A stretch of DNA of 64,000 bases from an uncultured Spartobacteria bacterium. Lineage in GTDB: Bacteria; Verrucomicrobiota; Verrucomicrobiia; Chthoniobacterales; Terrimicrobiaceae. The stretch is taken from assembly GCA_937888355.1 (NCBI GenBank), contig CALAPX010000027.1, forward strand, positions 5,026 through 69,025, in the 5' to 3' direction. The notes under the pieces are model-generated. The model did no database searches. It saw only the letters and a list, made by a program, of their open reading frames with translations, and was not told the DNA's origin. The position numbers and the translations under genes were made by a program. Every line of letters begins with the position of its first letter. The stretch's first letter is position 1. Positions 46,354-56,424 of this stretch are shown piece by piece.

Positions 46354-47934
46354 CTATGCCTTCAACTCGTCCCCGGTCTGCGCGTTGGCGATGACATACT
46401 TTTCCTGGTGGAAGGAAGGATCGGCACGGAAGGCAAGCCTCCCGGCATAGCGCCGCTCGATATCCACAAGATGTTCCTCGTCCTCGACGCGGAGGCGCTG
46501 CAGCAAGTCTGGATGAACTGTCACGCGAACATCGTGCACGGACTCCTGGTATTTTCTCATCACGGAGTGAAGGTCGCGCTGCAGTTCGACGCTCATGGTC
46601 ATCGGGCTTTTGATCACGCCCTTGCCCGAGCAGTGCGGACACGGGATAAAAATCGAACTGGCAAGGCTCTCATTAGCGCGTTGGCGGGTCATCTCCATGA
46701 GGCCAAGCTGGGAGATCGGAAGGACATGGGTGCGCGCCTTGTCACGCTTGAGGCGGTCACGAACACGCTGATAGACAGCCTGTTGGTCCTTACGATTTTT
46801 CATGTCGATGAAATCGACCACGATAAGACCACCGATATTGCGCAACCGGAGTTGGCGGGCAATCTCCTCGGCAGCTTCAAGATTGGTCTGAAGGATGGTT
46901 TTTTCCATGTCTTTGGCTCCCTTGTTGCGGCCGGTGTTCACATCGACGGCGATCATCGCCTCGGTCTCATCAATCACGATGTAGCCTCCACAGGGAAGCC
47001 AGACCTGTCGGTGGAATGCCGCATCGATCTGGGCCTTCACCCCGAAGCACTCGAAGATCGGCTGGGCGCCACTGTAGTGCTGAATGGATTTTTTTGCCCG
47101 CTTCGAGATCTGGGCGACCATTTCCTGCATGCTTTCTGCCGCCTTCGCATCGTCGATGATGACGGCGTCAACCTCGTCAGTGAGAAAATCCCGCACCGAA
47201 CGCTCAATGAGATCCGGTTCTTGGAAAAGGCATGCTGGTGAGGGTTGCTCCTCAAGACCTTTTTGCACTTGGGCCCATTGTTCGAGGAGAATACTCAAAT
47301 CCCGGACAAAATACCTGGCCCTCTGACCAGCACCAACAGTGCGCATGATGACACCCATTCCCTCTGGCACGTCGAGATCGCGGAGGATTTTGCGGAGACG
47401 ATCGCGCTCCTTGGGATCCTCGATCTTCCGGGAGATGCCGAACTGGTCATTGAAAGGCATGAGGACGAGGTAGCGGCCAGGGAGACTGATGTCTGTGGTG
47501 ATACGCGGCCCCTTGTTGCTGATCGGACCTTTTTTAACCTGAACAAGGATATCCGAACCAACCGGGTAGATTTTCGGGACATCCTTGTGGGTAATGCGTG
47601 GCGCCTTTTTGCGCGCATTGCCGTTGCTCCGGCTCACCGTTTCAATCCCACTATCGAGCGCAGCGGGGATGGCGTCCCAGAATTGTAAAAATGCGTTTTT
47701 GTCGAAGCCGATATCCACGAACATCGCCTTGATTCCAGGCTCGATATTGCGAACTTTGCCCTTAAAGATACTGCCAACGATATTTCGGTCGGTATCGCGC
47801 TCGATATTGTATTCCTCAAGCCGGTTGTTCTCAAGAAGCGCAACACGCTTCTCGAGCTTCTCACAGCTGATCACCAGCTTGATGCCGGTGGATTTCTTTC
47901 CGAATCCTAAAATTTTTTTCACTGTTTCTAACAT
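46354..47934 (-). CDS. rng: Ribonuclease G/E family endoribonuclease
   Basis: 526 aa. S1 domain (IVGSIFKGKVRNIEPGIKAMFVDIG), DNase-I-like catalytic region (GGLIVVDFIDM) and Zn-link CPHCSGKG. Confidence 0.92.
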   Translation of the reverse strand: MLETVKKILGFGKKSTGIKLVISCEKLEKRVALLENNRLEEYNIERDTDRNIVGSIFKGKVRNIEPGIKAMFVDIGFDKNAFLQFWDAIPAALDSGIETVSRSNGNARKKAPRITHKDVPKIYPVGSDILVQVKKGPISNKGPRITTDISLPGRYLVLMPFNDQFGISRKIEDPKERDRLRKILRDLDVPEGMGVIMRTVGAGQRARYFVRDLSILLEQWAQVQKGLEEQPSPACLFQEPDLIERSVRDFLTDEVDAVIIDDAKAAESMQEMVAQISKRAKKSIQHYSGAQPIFECFGVKAQIDAAFHRQVWLPCGGYIVIDETEAMIAVDVNTGRNKGAKDMEKTILQTNLEAAEEIARQLRLRNIGGLIVVDFIDMKNRKDQQAVYQRVRDRLKRDKARTHVLPISQLGLMEMTRQRANESLASSIFIPCPHCSGKGVIKSPMTMSVELQRDLHSVMRKYQESVHDVRVTVHPDLLQRLRVEDEEHLVDIERRYAGRLAFRADPSFHQEKYVIANAQTGDELKA

Positions 47935-47982
47935 GGAATGGGTTTTGGGTTTTCACGGTTCAACCGTGGTTGTTGAAATGTC

Positions 47983-50214
47983 TTACCGGGCTGGCCGGGT
48001 GATAGGTTCCGTCGGGGGGTCCTTTTTCTTGCCTCCAAGAAATTGGAACAAATTCTGTATTGGATTTTGGGGTTTTTCGGGTTTTTTTCGCTGCTCTACA
48101 CCACTTGGGGTGGGCTTGTTGTTCACGCGACCGGCGGCATCGGCGTCCTCCCGCACATTCGGTGTCGCGGTTGGTGCGTTTTCCTGTGCCGCAGCTGATG
48201 GATTCTCGGCTGTTTCCCCATCATCGTAAAGCTTGTTCGTTGCCGGATCTTCTCTTTTAAAATCAACGCTTTCTGTAAAAAGAAAGTTTCCTTTTGCGGG
48301 TTCTAACGCAGCAATTTCAACCTTCCCGCCGGTTTTATAGCCGTGGATTTCCTTCAAAATTTTTGCTGCGATCGGTGCGGCGACACCGCCCCCCGACTTA
48401 GCCCCCTGCACAAGGATCACAACGACATATTCAGGGTGTTCAAAAGGCGCGAACGAAATAAACCATGCATGATTGTCCTTTAATCCAGAGCGCCAGAACT
48501 GCGCCGTGCCGGTTTTTCCGGCGGTGGGAAGGTCGTCATTTTTTGCGCGACCAGCAGTACCCCCGCCTTCGTTGACCACCTCCCACATGCCCTTGCGAAT
48601 CTCATCAAGTTGCTCCGTGGAAATCCCGGCATCCTTGATCAAATCGGCGCGCAAGCGAGGCGGATCCTGCAGCACAATCCGGCCGGCTTGATCCTCCACG
48701 CGGTCGATTAATCGTGGGTAATACACCATGCCCCCATTGGCCACTGCTGCGGTGACAATAGCCATTTGCAATGGGGTCGCCAGCACATCTCCCTGCCCGA
48801 TCGCAGTATTGGCCGTGAGCCCGTTGGACCACCGGGCCCGTGAATTGACCATTGAAAGCCACTCTGGACCGGGGAGGACGCCTGAAGACTCTCCGGACAG
48901 CGGAAGACCGGTTTTCTGGCCTAGCCCTAGCATGTTGCCGATAGCCACAATCTGATCGATCCCCGCCGCGTTGCCGTATTGATAGAAAAATGCATTGCAG
49001 GACACCTTAATTGCGTCGGCCAACTCCAACTTGCCATGGGTTCGTTTCTTTTCCGCAATCCAGCACCTCATGTATTTATTGCCGTATTGGACTCCCCCGT
49101 AACAACTGAAGCACTTCCCCCCGAGGCCGGCGCGCATTCCCGCGAGCGAGATCGGGATTTTATAGGTCGAGCCCGGCGCGTAGGCGCTAATTGCTCGGTT
49201 CACGAGCGGATTTGTCTGATCCTGGTTGATCTCCCTCCAATCCGTCGCCGAGATCGATGGAATAAATACATTTGGATCAAATGACGGCACCGAGGCCATG
49301 GCGAGGATATCCCCGTTCCTGGGGTCCAGCACAACTGCCGCTCCGCGCCCGACGACTCTCAATGCCTGCTCAACGATATGTTGGATATTGGCGTCGATCG
49401 TAAGATGGACATTATCCCCTTGGGTTGGTTCGCGGCGGCCGACCTCACCCTCGATCACCCCCTTGGCATTGCGCTGAAGAATCCGGGCTCCGGGCTTTCC
49501 CTTCAGATATTCATTCATGTGCAACTCGATCTGCGCCTTTCCCTCCACATCGGGCTCGTAGAAATTAAAATCCCGAAGGTCTGGCAACTTGTCGAGTTCT
49601 CGAGGTGACCCGACATAGCCGAGCAGGTGCGCGGCAAGCGATCCATAGACATACCAACGCACCGGTTTGACCCCGATATTGACCCCGGGAAGTCCAAGAT
49701 TTTTCTCCGAAAATAGGGCCATTTCGTCAAAGGTAAGGTCCTGCCTGTAGTTGTAGGGCACCTCACGGTTCGTGCGGTAGTGCATCTGCAGCGACTTCGC
49801 ATTATAATTCCTTGCCACACCGATTTCCTCCAGACGTGGAATAACCATCTCGGATACAATCTTTGCCACATCCGCCTCGCGGAGATCTCGGGCCATGCCG
49901 TGCACGCGTCCACGGTAGCTGGTCATGGGAACACTTCCGTTCATCTCGCGATATGCGCGCGCCATGTCAGGCAAGTAGAAATCAACCTCAAAGCTGGCCC
50001 GATTCTCAACAAGCTTCACATCGTTGCGGTCGAGAATCTCGCCACGTACCGCTGGAATCCGGACGCTCACTTGTGAACTCGAGTGGATCCGGGAGGAGTA
50101 TTTTTTGCCGTCTACAATCTGAACGTTCCACAACCGCGTGGTCACGGCCCCCATGCCGAAAAGGATCAACACCCCGACAAACATGATGCGGGATCTCGGA
50201 CGGGCACGCTTCAT
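47983..50214 (-). CDS. mrdA: Penicillin-binding protein 2 (elongasome transpeptidase) with a low-complexity C-terminal tail
   Basis: ORF 47983..50442. ATG 50214 (MKRARPRSRIMFVGVLILFG) overlaps the mreD stop (ATGA). Motifs are STYK (PGSTYK), SCN and KTGTA. Confidence 0.93.
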   Translation of the reverse strand: MKRARPRSRIMFVGVLILFGMGAVTTRLWNVQIVDGKKYSSRIHSSSQVSVRIPAVRGEILDRNDVKLVENRASFEVDFYLPDMARAYREMNGSVPMTSYRGRVHGMARDLREADVAKIVSEMVIPRLEEIGVARNYNAKSLQMHYRTNREVPYNYRQDLTFDEMALFSEKNLGLPGVNIGVKPVRWYVYGSLAAHLLGYVGSPRELDKLPDLRDFNFYEPDVEGKAQIELHMNEYLKGKPGARILQRNAKGVIEGEVGRREPTQGDNVHLTIDANIQHIVEQALRVVGRGAAVVLDPRNGDILAMASVPSFDPNVFIPSISATDWREINQDQTNPLVNRAISAYAPGSTYKIPISLAGMRAGLGGKCFSCYGGVQYGNKYMRCWIAEKKRTHGKLELADAIKVSCNAFFYQYGNAAGIDQIVAIGNMLGLGQKTGLPLSGESSGVLPGPEWLSMVNSRARWSNGLTANTAIGQGDVLATPLQMAIVTAAVANGGMVYYPRLIDRVEDQAGRIVLQDPPRLRADLIKDAGISTEQLDEIRKGMWEVVNEGGGTAGRAKNDDLPTAGKTGTAQFWRSGLKDNHAWFISFAPFEHPEYVVVILVQGAKSGGGVAAPIAAKILKEIHGYKTGGKVEIAALEPAKGNFLFTESVDFKREDPATNKLYDDGETAENPSAAAQENAPTATPNVREDADAAGRVNNKPTPSGVEQRKKPEKPQNPIQNLFQFLGGKKKDPPTEPITRPAR

Positions 50215-50762
50215 CTCCGCGATGCCCTCCTCATACGCGAAAAGTCGGGAATGAGATTGTCGATATGTGAGACGACAAGATGAAAGAGCGGAGCGATCAA
50301 TGCAGCCATCAGCCCGGGAGCAAGAATCCTCCAGGCAGCAGCTCCAGCCCACTCCCACCCACCGCGGTGCCATGTTATCATCAAAAACTGCAACAGAAGA
50401 AAAGTACAGGTTCCCGCACCGCTCAGCACGGAGAACATCCACATTTTTGCAGTTTCAGGGCCGCTCCGAAAGCGACTGGCAAGGCATCCAAGAATCACAT
50501 AATAGATGATAGAAATCCCCATCGGGATTTCAACCGCGCCGCCTACGATGTGCAGATAAAACAAGTCGCTGAAGAACCCAGTGTAAAAAGCGGCGGCAAG
50601 CATCGCGGGAAATGGCAGAACAATTGCCGCATAGCAAAACACCAGCGGAACCAGCACCACCCTTGCTCCTTGAAGGTCATCCATTGGAGGCAGCGCATGC
50701 TGGACCACAAAAGCCAGGAACACACCCGCGAAAAGCGCAATCAGATCAATCAGCGTCTTCAT
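50211..50762 (-). CDS. mreD: Rod shape-determining protein MreD
   Basis: 183 aa, polytopic, positioned between mreC and mrdA with 4-nt overlaps on both sides. Confidence 0.85.
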   Translation of the reverse strand: MKTLIDLIALFAGVFLAFVVQHALPPMDDLQGARVVLVPLVFCYAAIVLPFPAMLAAAFYTGFFSDLFYLHIVGGAVEIPMGISIIYYVILGCLASRFRSGPETAKMWMFSVLSGAGTCTFLLLQFLMITWHRGGWEWAGAAAWRILAPGLMAALIAPLFHLVVSHIDNLIPDFSRMRRASRR

Positions 50763-51568
50763 TTTTTCCCGACAAGGACAAACACATCCTCGATTATGGA
50801 AAGATCCATGGCAGGCTCGACAAACGCCTGCCCGTCCAATGCCCTGCGGTGGAATTCACGCACCTTGCCGATCAAGATGCCGGGCGGAAATGACCCATGG
50901 GCGACACCGGCAGTGAGCACATCCATACCGGATGTGATCTCCGCGTTTTTTGAAAGAAAGTTCATTTGGAGCATTCCCTCCGAAGTATTTTCCTGAATTC
51001 GTAATCCGGTCACGATCCCTTGTTCACGAGTGCCTTCAATTTTGGCCCCGATCCGACAAGATTCATCGGTGACAAGAACGACAATAGCCTCGTTTTTCGA
51101 AACGGTGGTGGTTTTGCCAACGAGCCCACCATCAGTGACAACCGGTTGATCCGCTTCGACTCCATCCTCAAAGCCCCGGTTGATTCGGATCGTGCTCCAC
51201 CAAGTTGAGGAGTCGCGGGAAATAATTCGGGCCGCGACGAGCTTGTGCGATGATCGGGCCCGGAAATCGAGCGCCAAGCGAAGGCGCTGGTTCTCCGCCT
51301 GCGTCTCACGCATTAAGGAGTTTTCGGTACGCAACACTCTATTTTCGATCTTCAACCGGGTGTTTTCGACATCCAATTCATCGAGCGTTTTCAGTCGTTG
51401 ACCAAATGACCCGATATTCTGCTGCATCGCTGTTCCAGTTCGCAAAAACGGGGAGAGAAGCGACATGAACGACGCCTTCATCGAACCTACCGACTCACTG
51501 GAGAGGGTGGACAAATAGATCCCTACGGCGACCAGGCCGACAACGAGAGCGATATTGAGTCTGTTCAT
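50759..51568 (-). CDS. mreC: Rod shape-determining protein MreC
   Basis: 269 aa. N-terminal TM, coiled coil (ENTRLKIENRVLRTEN), and beta-barrel domains (VVTDGGLVGKT..., GSFPPGILIGKV). Confidence 0.9.
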   Translation of the reverse strand: MNRLNIALVVGLVAVGIYLSTLSSESVGSMKASFMSLLSPFLRTGTAMQQNIGSFGQRLKTLDELDVENTRLKIENRVLRTENSLMRETQAENQRLRLALDFRARSSHKLVAARIISRDSSTWWSTIRINRGFEDGVEADQPVVTDGGLVGKTTTVSKNEAIVVLVTDESCRIGAKIEGTREQGIVTGLRIQENTSEGMLQMNFLSKNAEITSGMDVLTAGVAHGSFPPGILIGKVREFHRRALDGQAFVEPAMDLSIIEDVFVLVGKK

Positions 51569-51609
51569 CAGGCAACCGGATCAGGAAAACCGCTCCGGTA
51601 GCGGGAGGG

Positions 51610-52656
<1,047 letters not shown>

Positions 52657-52807
52657 TTAAATTTTTGTTGAATCGTATGAACTTGGGCCCGGGGGAGGCC
52701 TATGGCGGCGGGTGGCCGGAGATGCACCTCGGGTGTCGTTCGAATCCAGCAAGGTGATTTTGAGTCGCCCCGCCGTCAAGATTTTGTTGGCCCTGGATGA
52801 AAGAATC

Positions 52808-53917
52808 TCACGCCAACGCTTGGACAATCGCCCCGCCCATTTCCGCTGTTCCGACCAACTTGTTATCACCGGTATGGATATCCCCAGTGCGCAGGCCTGC
52901 GGCGATCACCGAGCGGACGGCTGTCTCGATTTCCAAGGCTGCGGCTTCACAGCCCGCCGAAAAACGAAGCATCATGGCAACGGAAAGAATTTGTGCTATT
53001 GGATTTGCGATTCCCTTGCCAGCAATATCAGGAGCCGTCCCTCCACTTGGTTCATACATGCCGAATCGCGTTGTCCCCTCGCCGGTCTGTGCTCCCAGAC
53101 TGGCGCTGGGAAGCATGCCAAGCGAACCGGCAATCATGGCCATTTCGTCGCTTAGAATATCTCCGAAAAGATTTTCGGCCAGAACAACATCGAATGATTT
53201 TGGATTTCGGATCAACTGCATTGCTGCGTTGTCCACATACAAATGATTCAAGGTCACCTCTGGGTAATCCTTGGCAAGCTCGGTAACAATACGACGCCAC
53301 AAGACCCCGTTCTGCAAGACGTTGGCCTTGTCGATCGACGTCAAGACCCCCCGACGTCCTTTTGCGGCCTCGAAGGCGACCCTGGCGATGCGCTGGATTT
53401 CGGAGGCCTTATAAACCATCGTATCCACCGCGCATTCCTCGCCGTCTTGGATGGAAATGGATTTGGGCTCCCCGAAATACAAGCCGCCCGTGAGTTCACG
53501 CACACACAGGACATCAAATCCCCCTTCAACAAGACGGGGGTGGATCGGCGAGGCATGAGTCAACTCGGGAAGGCAGATCGCAGGCCGGAGGTTTGCAAAG
53601 AGTCCGAAATGCTTCCTCAGAGGCAGCAAGGCGGCGCGCTCGGGCTGTTCAGTTGCCGGAAGGGACTCCCATTTCGGTCCTCCCACTGAACCGAACAAAA
53701 TAGCATCAGCCTTTTCACAGGCGGAAAGTGTCTCGGCAGGCAAAGCTCGCCCGACAGCATCAATGGCGGCCCCGCCGACGAGTTGATGGTCCAACTCTAG
53801 AGGGATTGCGTGTTTTGAAGCGGCGACCTCAAGGACGCGCAAGCCTTCGCTCATCACTTCGGGACCAATGCCGTCGCCTGCCAGTACGGCCACGCGGAAA
53901 GTCTTTTGGGAATTCAT
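52808..53917 (-). CDS. leuB: 3-isopropylmalate dehydrogenase
   Basis: 369 aa. FRVAVLAGDGIGPEV, NLFGDILSDE, GSLGMLPSASL. Confidence 0.95.
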   Translation of the reverse strand: MNSQKTFRVAVLAGDGIGPEVMSEGLRVLEVAASKHAIPLELDHQLVGGAAIDAVGRALPAETLSACEKADAILFGSVGGPKWESLPATEQPERAALLPLRKHFGLFANLRPAICLPELTHASPIHPRLVEGGFDVLCVRELTGGLYFGEPKSISIQDGEECAVDTMVYKASEIQRIARVAFEAAKGRRGVLTSIDKANVLQNGVLWRRIVTELAKDYPEVTLNHLYVDNAAMQLIRNPKSFDVVLAENLFGDILSDEMAMIAGSLGMLPSASLGAQTGEGTTRFGMYEPSGGTAPDIAGKGIANPIAQILSVAMMLRFSAGCEAAALEIETAVRSVIAAGLRTGDIHTGDNKLVGTAEMGGAIVQALA

Positions 53918-54000
53918 GGGCGGGCATTTAATCTTCCAGTTCCCGGCGAATCAAGCGCAACGGGGCATCCCGCCATTGAAAACCGCCCACGCTCTGCGTT

Positions 54001-54537
54001 ATGCTCCTCGATATGTTTAAAGAACATGACTTCCACTACGCCATGGAGAACACCCGCATTGTGGTTTCTCCTCGTAGTGCCATCGAGACATTTGGAACCA
54101 CGCGCTTCCACTTTTCGCTCGTGACCGAACCCATGGACGAAGTCGAGACCGTCCGCATTCGCTCGGGCACAATCGAAGCGGAGCGCCCGAGAATTTTGTC
54201 TCCTGCGCATTTTCGGAAGGTTCTCCTGGAGGGCTTCGGCGAGGAAGCGCGTGATTTTGCCGATTGGATGGAGGCTAATCCCGATGCCGCACGCGTGCTC
54301 CGCTATGGGTTTCAGTTCCGAAAAACCGACTTCGCAGAAAAAATTGTCAGGGAGCCGATGGATGTGGCTGTGGAACGCCTCAGTGAGGAAATCTCCAGGG
54401 GAGACGATCCCTTCGGCGCCCTGATCGCCGGTGTGGACGATGTCTGGGAGGTTTGCCTCCTCAAGTTCTCCATGGAAATGATTCAGCGCTCGGCTGGCGA
54501 CAATGTCGCGGAATGGAAACGCCGCGGGCTGGCGTGA
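54001..54537 (+). CDS. Hypothetical protein (178 aa)
   Basis: The plus-strand frame has third-position GC-biased codon usage like its neighbours and is co-oriented with the following genes. The competing minus-strand ORF 53914..54612 looks like an antisense artefact. No family recognised. Confidence 0.55.
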   Translation: MLLDMFKEHDFHYAMENTRIVVSPRSAIETFGTTRFHFSLVTEPMDEVETVRIRSGTIEAERPRILSPAHFRKVLLEGFGEEARDFADWMEANPDAARVLRYGFQFRKTDFAEKIVREPMDVAVERLSEEISRGDDPFGALIAGVDDVWEVCLLKFSMEMIQRSAGDNVAEWKRRGLA

Positions 54538-54589
54538 TTCCAGGGTTCCATTTTCCAAACTCTCAACATAACCTTCACCACCAATCCGA

Positions 54590-55435
54590 ATGTTTTTCAA
54601 ATCCCTGACCATCCTCGTTCTCGTTGCGGCAATCCTCGGCGGCAGCGCCTATTTCATCAACCAACTCTATTACAAAGAGCAGAAACTCGAAATCGAGGAG
54701 GCTCTGGCCACACCCACGCCCACCCCGGAACCCACTCCGGATCCCGGCATCGCTGCATGGGAGGCCATTAAAGACAAAGTGGCGGCCCCAACCGTGGAAT
54801 CCCGCGACGCTCTCGCTGTCTTCCTCTCGCTACACCCGGAGGCCCCGACCGTTCCAGAAGCGCGGCAGGCCCTTGGCCGGGTCAATCTTGCCCTGTTCCG
54901 GAATCCAGAAACCTCGCCAGGCACGACTGTCCACACCGTAAAAAAAGGCGACTCGCTTGCCCGCATTGCCTCACAACTCAAGAGCAATGCAGAACTGATC
55001 TTCTGGGCCAATGAACTTCCTAATATCAATCTCCAGATAGGACAGACACTCATCGTTCCCTCTCCCGATACCGTGCTGATCATCAACCGCTCCAAATCCC
55101 TTGTCACTCTCATGAACCAAGGCACGTTCTTCAAGGACTACACCCCGGTCGCGATCGAGCTCCCCGCTGCCGTATCCACCGGCGAGATCGATGCGAGGGT
55201 CACCGACCGCATTGCGCTCAAGGGCGACTTGCGTGTGGCCTTTGGCCACAAGGATTACCCATCCACTGAACGCACCATCCTTATCAATCCGGGCTCGGTG
55301 GTTTTCCGCACCCCGCCGGCCTTGGCGGAAGACGGATCCACTCCAGCCATACCTCCTGGGATTATTTTATCACCCCAGGATTTCGCCGAACTCTATGTGC
55401 TTGTGAAATCAGGCACCCCTGTGCTCATTAAATAA
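54590..55435 (+). CDS. LysM domain protein with an N-terminal TM anchor and a YkuD-like (apparently non-catalytic) C-terminal domain
   Basis: 281 aa. TM segment FFKSLTILVLVAAILGGSAYFI; LysM is VHTVKKGDSLARIASQLKSNAELIFWANELPNINLQIGQTLIVP. The C-terminus ends ILSPQDFAELYVLVKSGTPVLIK. Confidence 0.7.
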   Translation: MFFKSLTILVLVAAILGGSAYFINQLYYKEQKLEIEEALATPTPTPEPTPDPGIAAWEAIKDKVAAPTVESRDALAVFLSLHPEAPTVPEARQALGRVNLALFRNPETSPGTTVHTVKKGDSLARIASQLKSNAELIFWANELPNINLQIGQTLIVPSPDTVLIINRSKSLVTLMNQGTFFKDYTPVAIELPAAVSTGEIDARVTDRIALKGDLRVAFGHKDYPSTERTILINPGSVVFRTPPALAEDGSTPAIPPGIILSPQDFAELYVLVKSGTPVLIK

Positions 55436-55443
55436 CCCGCTCA

Positions 55444-56400
55444 ATGAACAAACAGACTCTGGATTTCGAAAAGCCCGTTGCGGAACTCGAGCAGAAGCTC
55501 GCTGAACTCAAAAAACAATCGGAGGATCGCCGGATCGACCTCTCTTCCGAGATTGCCAGCATGCAAGTGAAAATCGAGAACACGCGCGATAATATCTACA
55601 CCACGCTCACCCCTTGGCAGCGCGTTCAGATTTCGCGCCATATCGAACGCCCCTTCTTCCTCGACTATGTCCGCATGGCCTGCACGGACTTTGTCGAACT
55701 CAAGGGCGACCGCCTCTTCGGTGACGATCCTTCAATGCCCGGCGGCCTAGCAACCATTGATGGAATCCGCTGCGTGGTGATCGGTCAGCAAAAAGGCCGC
55801 GATACTAAGGAGAATCTTCACCGCAACTTTGGCAGTCCCCACCCGGAAGGCTACCGCAAAGCCCTTCGCCTTATGCGCCTCGCCGAGAAATTCGGGTTTC
55901 CTTTTGTCGCTCTGATCGACACCCCGGGGGCGTATCCGGGCATCGGCGCGGAGGAACGCCACATTGCAGAGGCCATAGCAGTAAATATTCGCGACATGAT
56001 GCTTCTCCGTACCCCTATCATCTCAATTGTCATTGGTGAGGGCGGATCAGGCGGAGCACTGGGCATCGGCGTCGCCGACCGTGTCCTTATGCTTGAAAAT
56101 GCCTATTACTCGGTCATCAGCCCCGAGGGTTGCGCTGCCATTCTCTGGAAACACCGCAAACACGCTCCCGAGGCGGCAGCGGCGTTGAAACTCTGTGCGC
56201 CCGACCTGGTCGCGATGGGATTGGTGGATGGCGTCATCCCGGAACCCAACGGGGGAGCGCATTGCGATCCGGAACAAGCAGCAGACAACTTCAAACAGGT
56301 TGTCTCAAAGGAACTCCGCGCCCTCAAAAAAACCTCGATCGATAAATTGCTCGAACAACGCTACGCGAAATTCCGGAAAATGGGCGTCTTCGAGGAATAG
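55444..56400 (+). CDS. accA: Acetyl-CoA carboxylase carboxyltransferase subunit alpha
   Basis: 318 aa. LDFEKPVAELEQKLAELK..., TPGAYPGIGAEERHIAEAIA, IGEGGSGGALG. Confidence 0.95.
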   Translation: MNKQTLDFEKPVAELEQKLAELKKQSEDRRIDLSSEIASMQVKIENTRDNIYTTLTPWQRVQISRHIERPFFLDYVRMACTDFVELKGDRLFGDDPSMPGGLATIDGIRCVVIGQQKGRDTKENLHRNFGSPHPEGYRKALRLMRLAEKFGFPFVALIDTPGAYPGIGAEERHIAEAIAVNIRDMMLLRTPIISIVIGEGGSGGALGIGVADRVLMLENAYYSVISPEGCAAILWKHRKHAPEAAAALKLCAPDLVAMGLVDGVIPEPNGGAHCDPEQAADNFKQVVSKELRALKKTSIDKLLEQRYAKFRKMGVFEE

Positions 56401-56424
56401 GAGGGCCGCCGCGCCAGACCGCCG

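Noticed and set aside
53914-54612. A 232-aa minus-strand ORF between leuB and the LysM gene.
   Set aside because: The plus-strand ORF 54001-54537 has the better codon bias and a better composition. The minus ORF would also overlap the LysM gene start and abut leuB.
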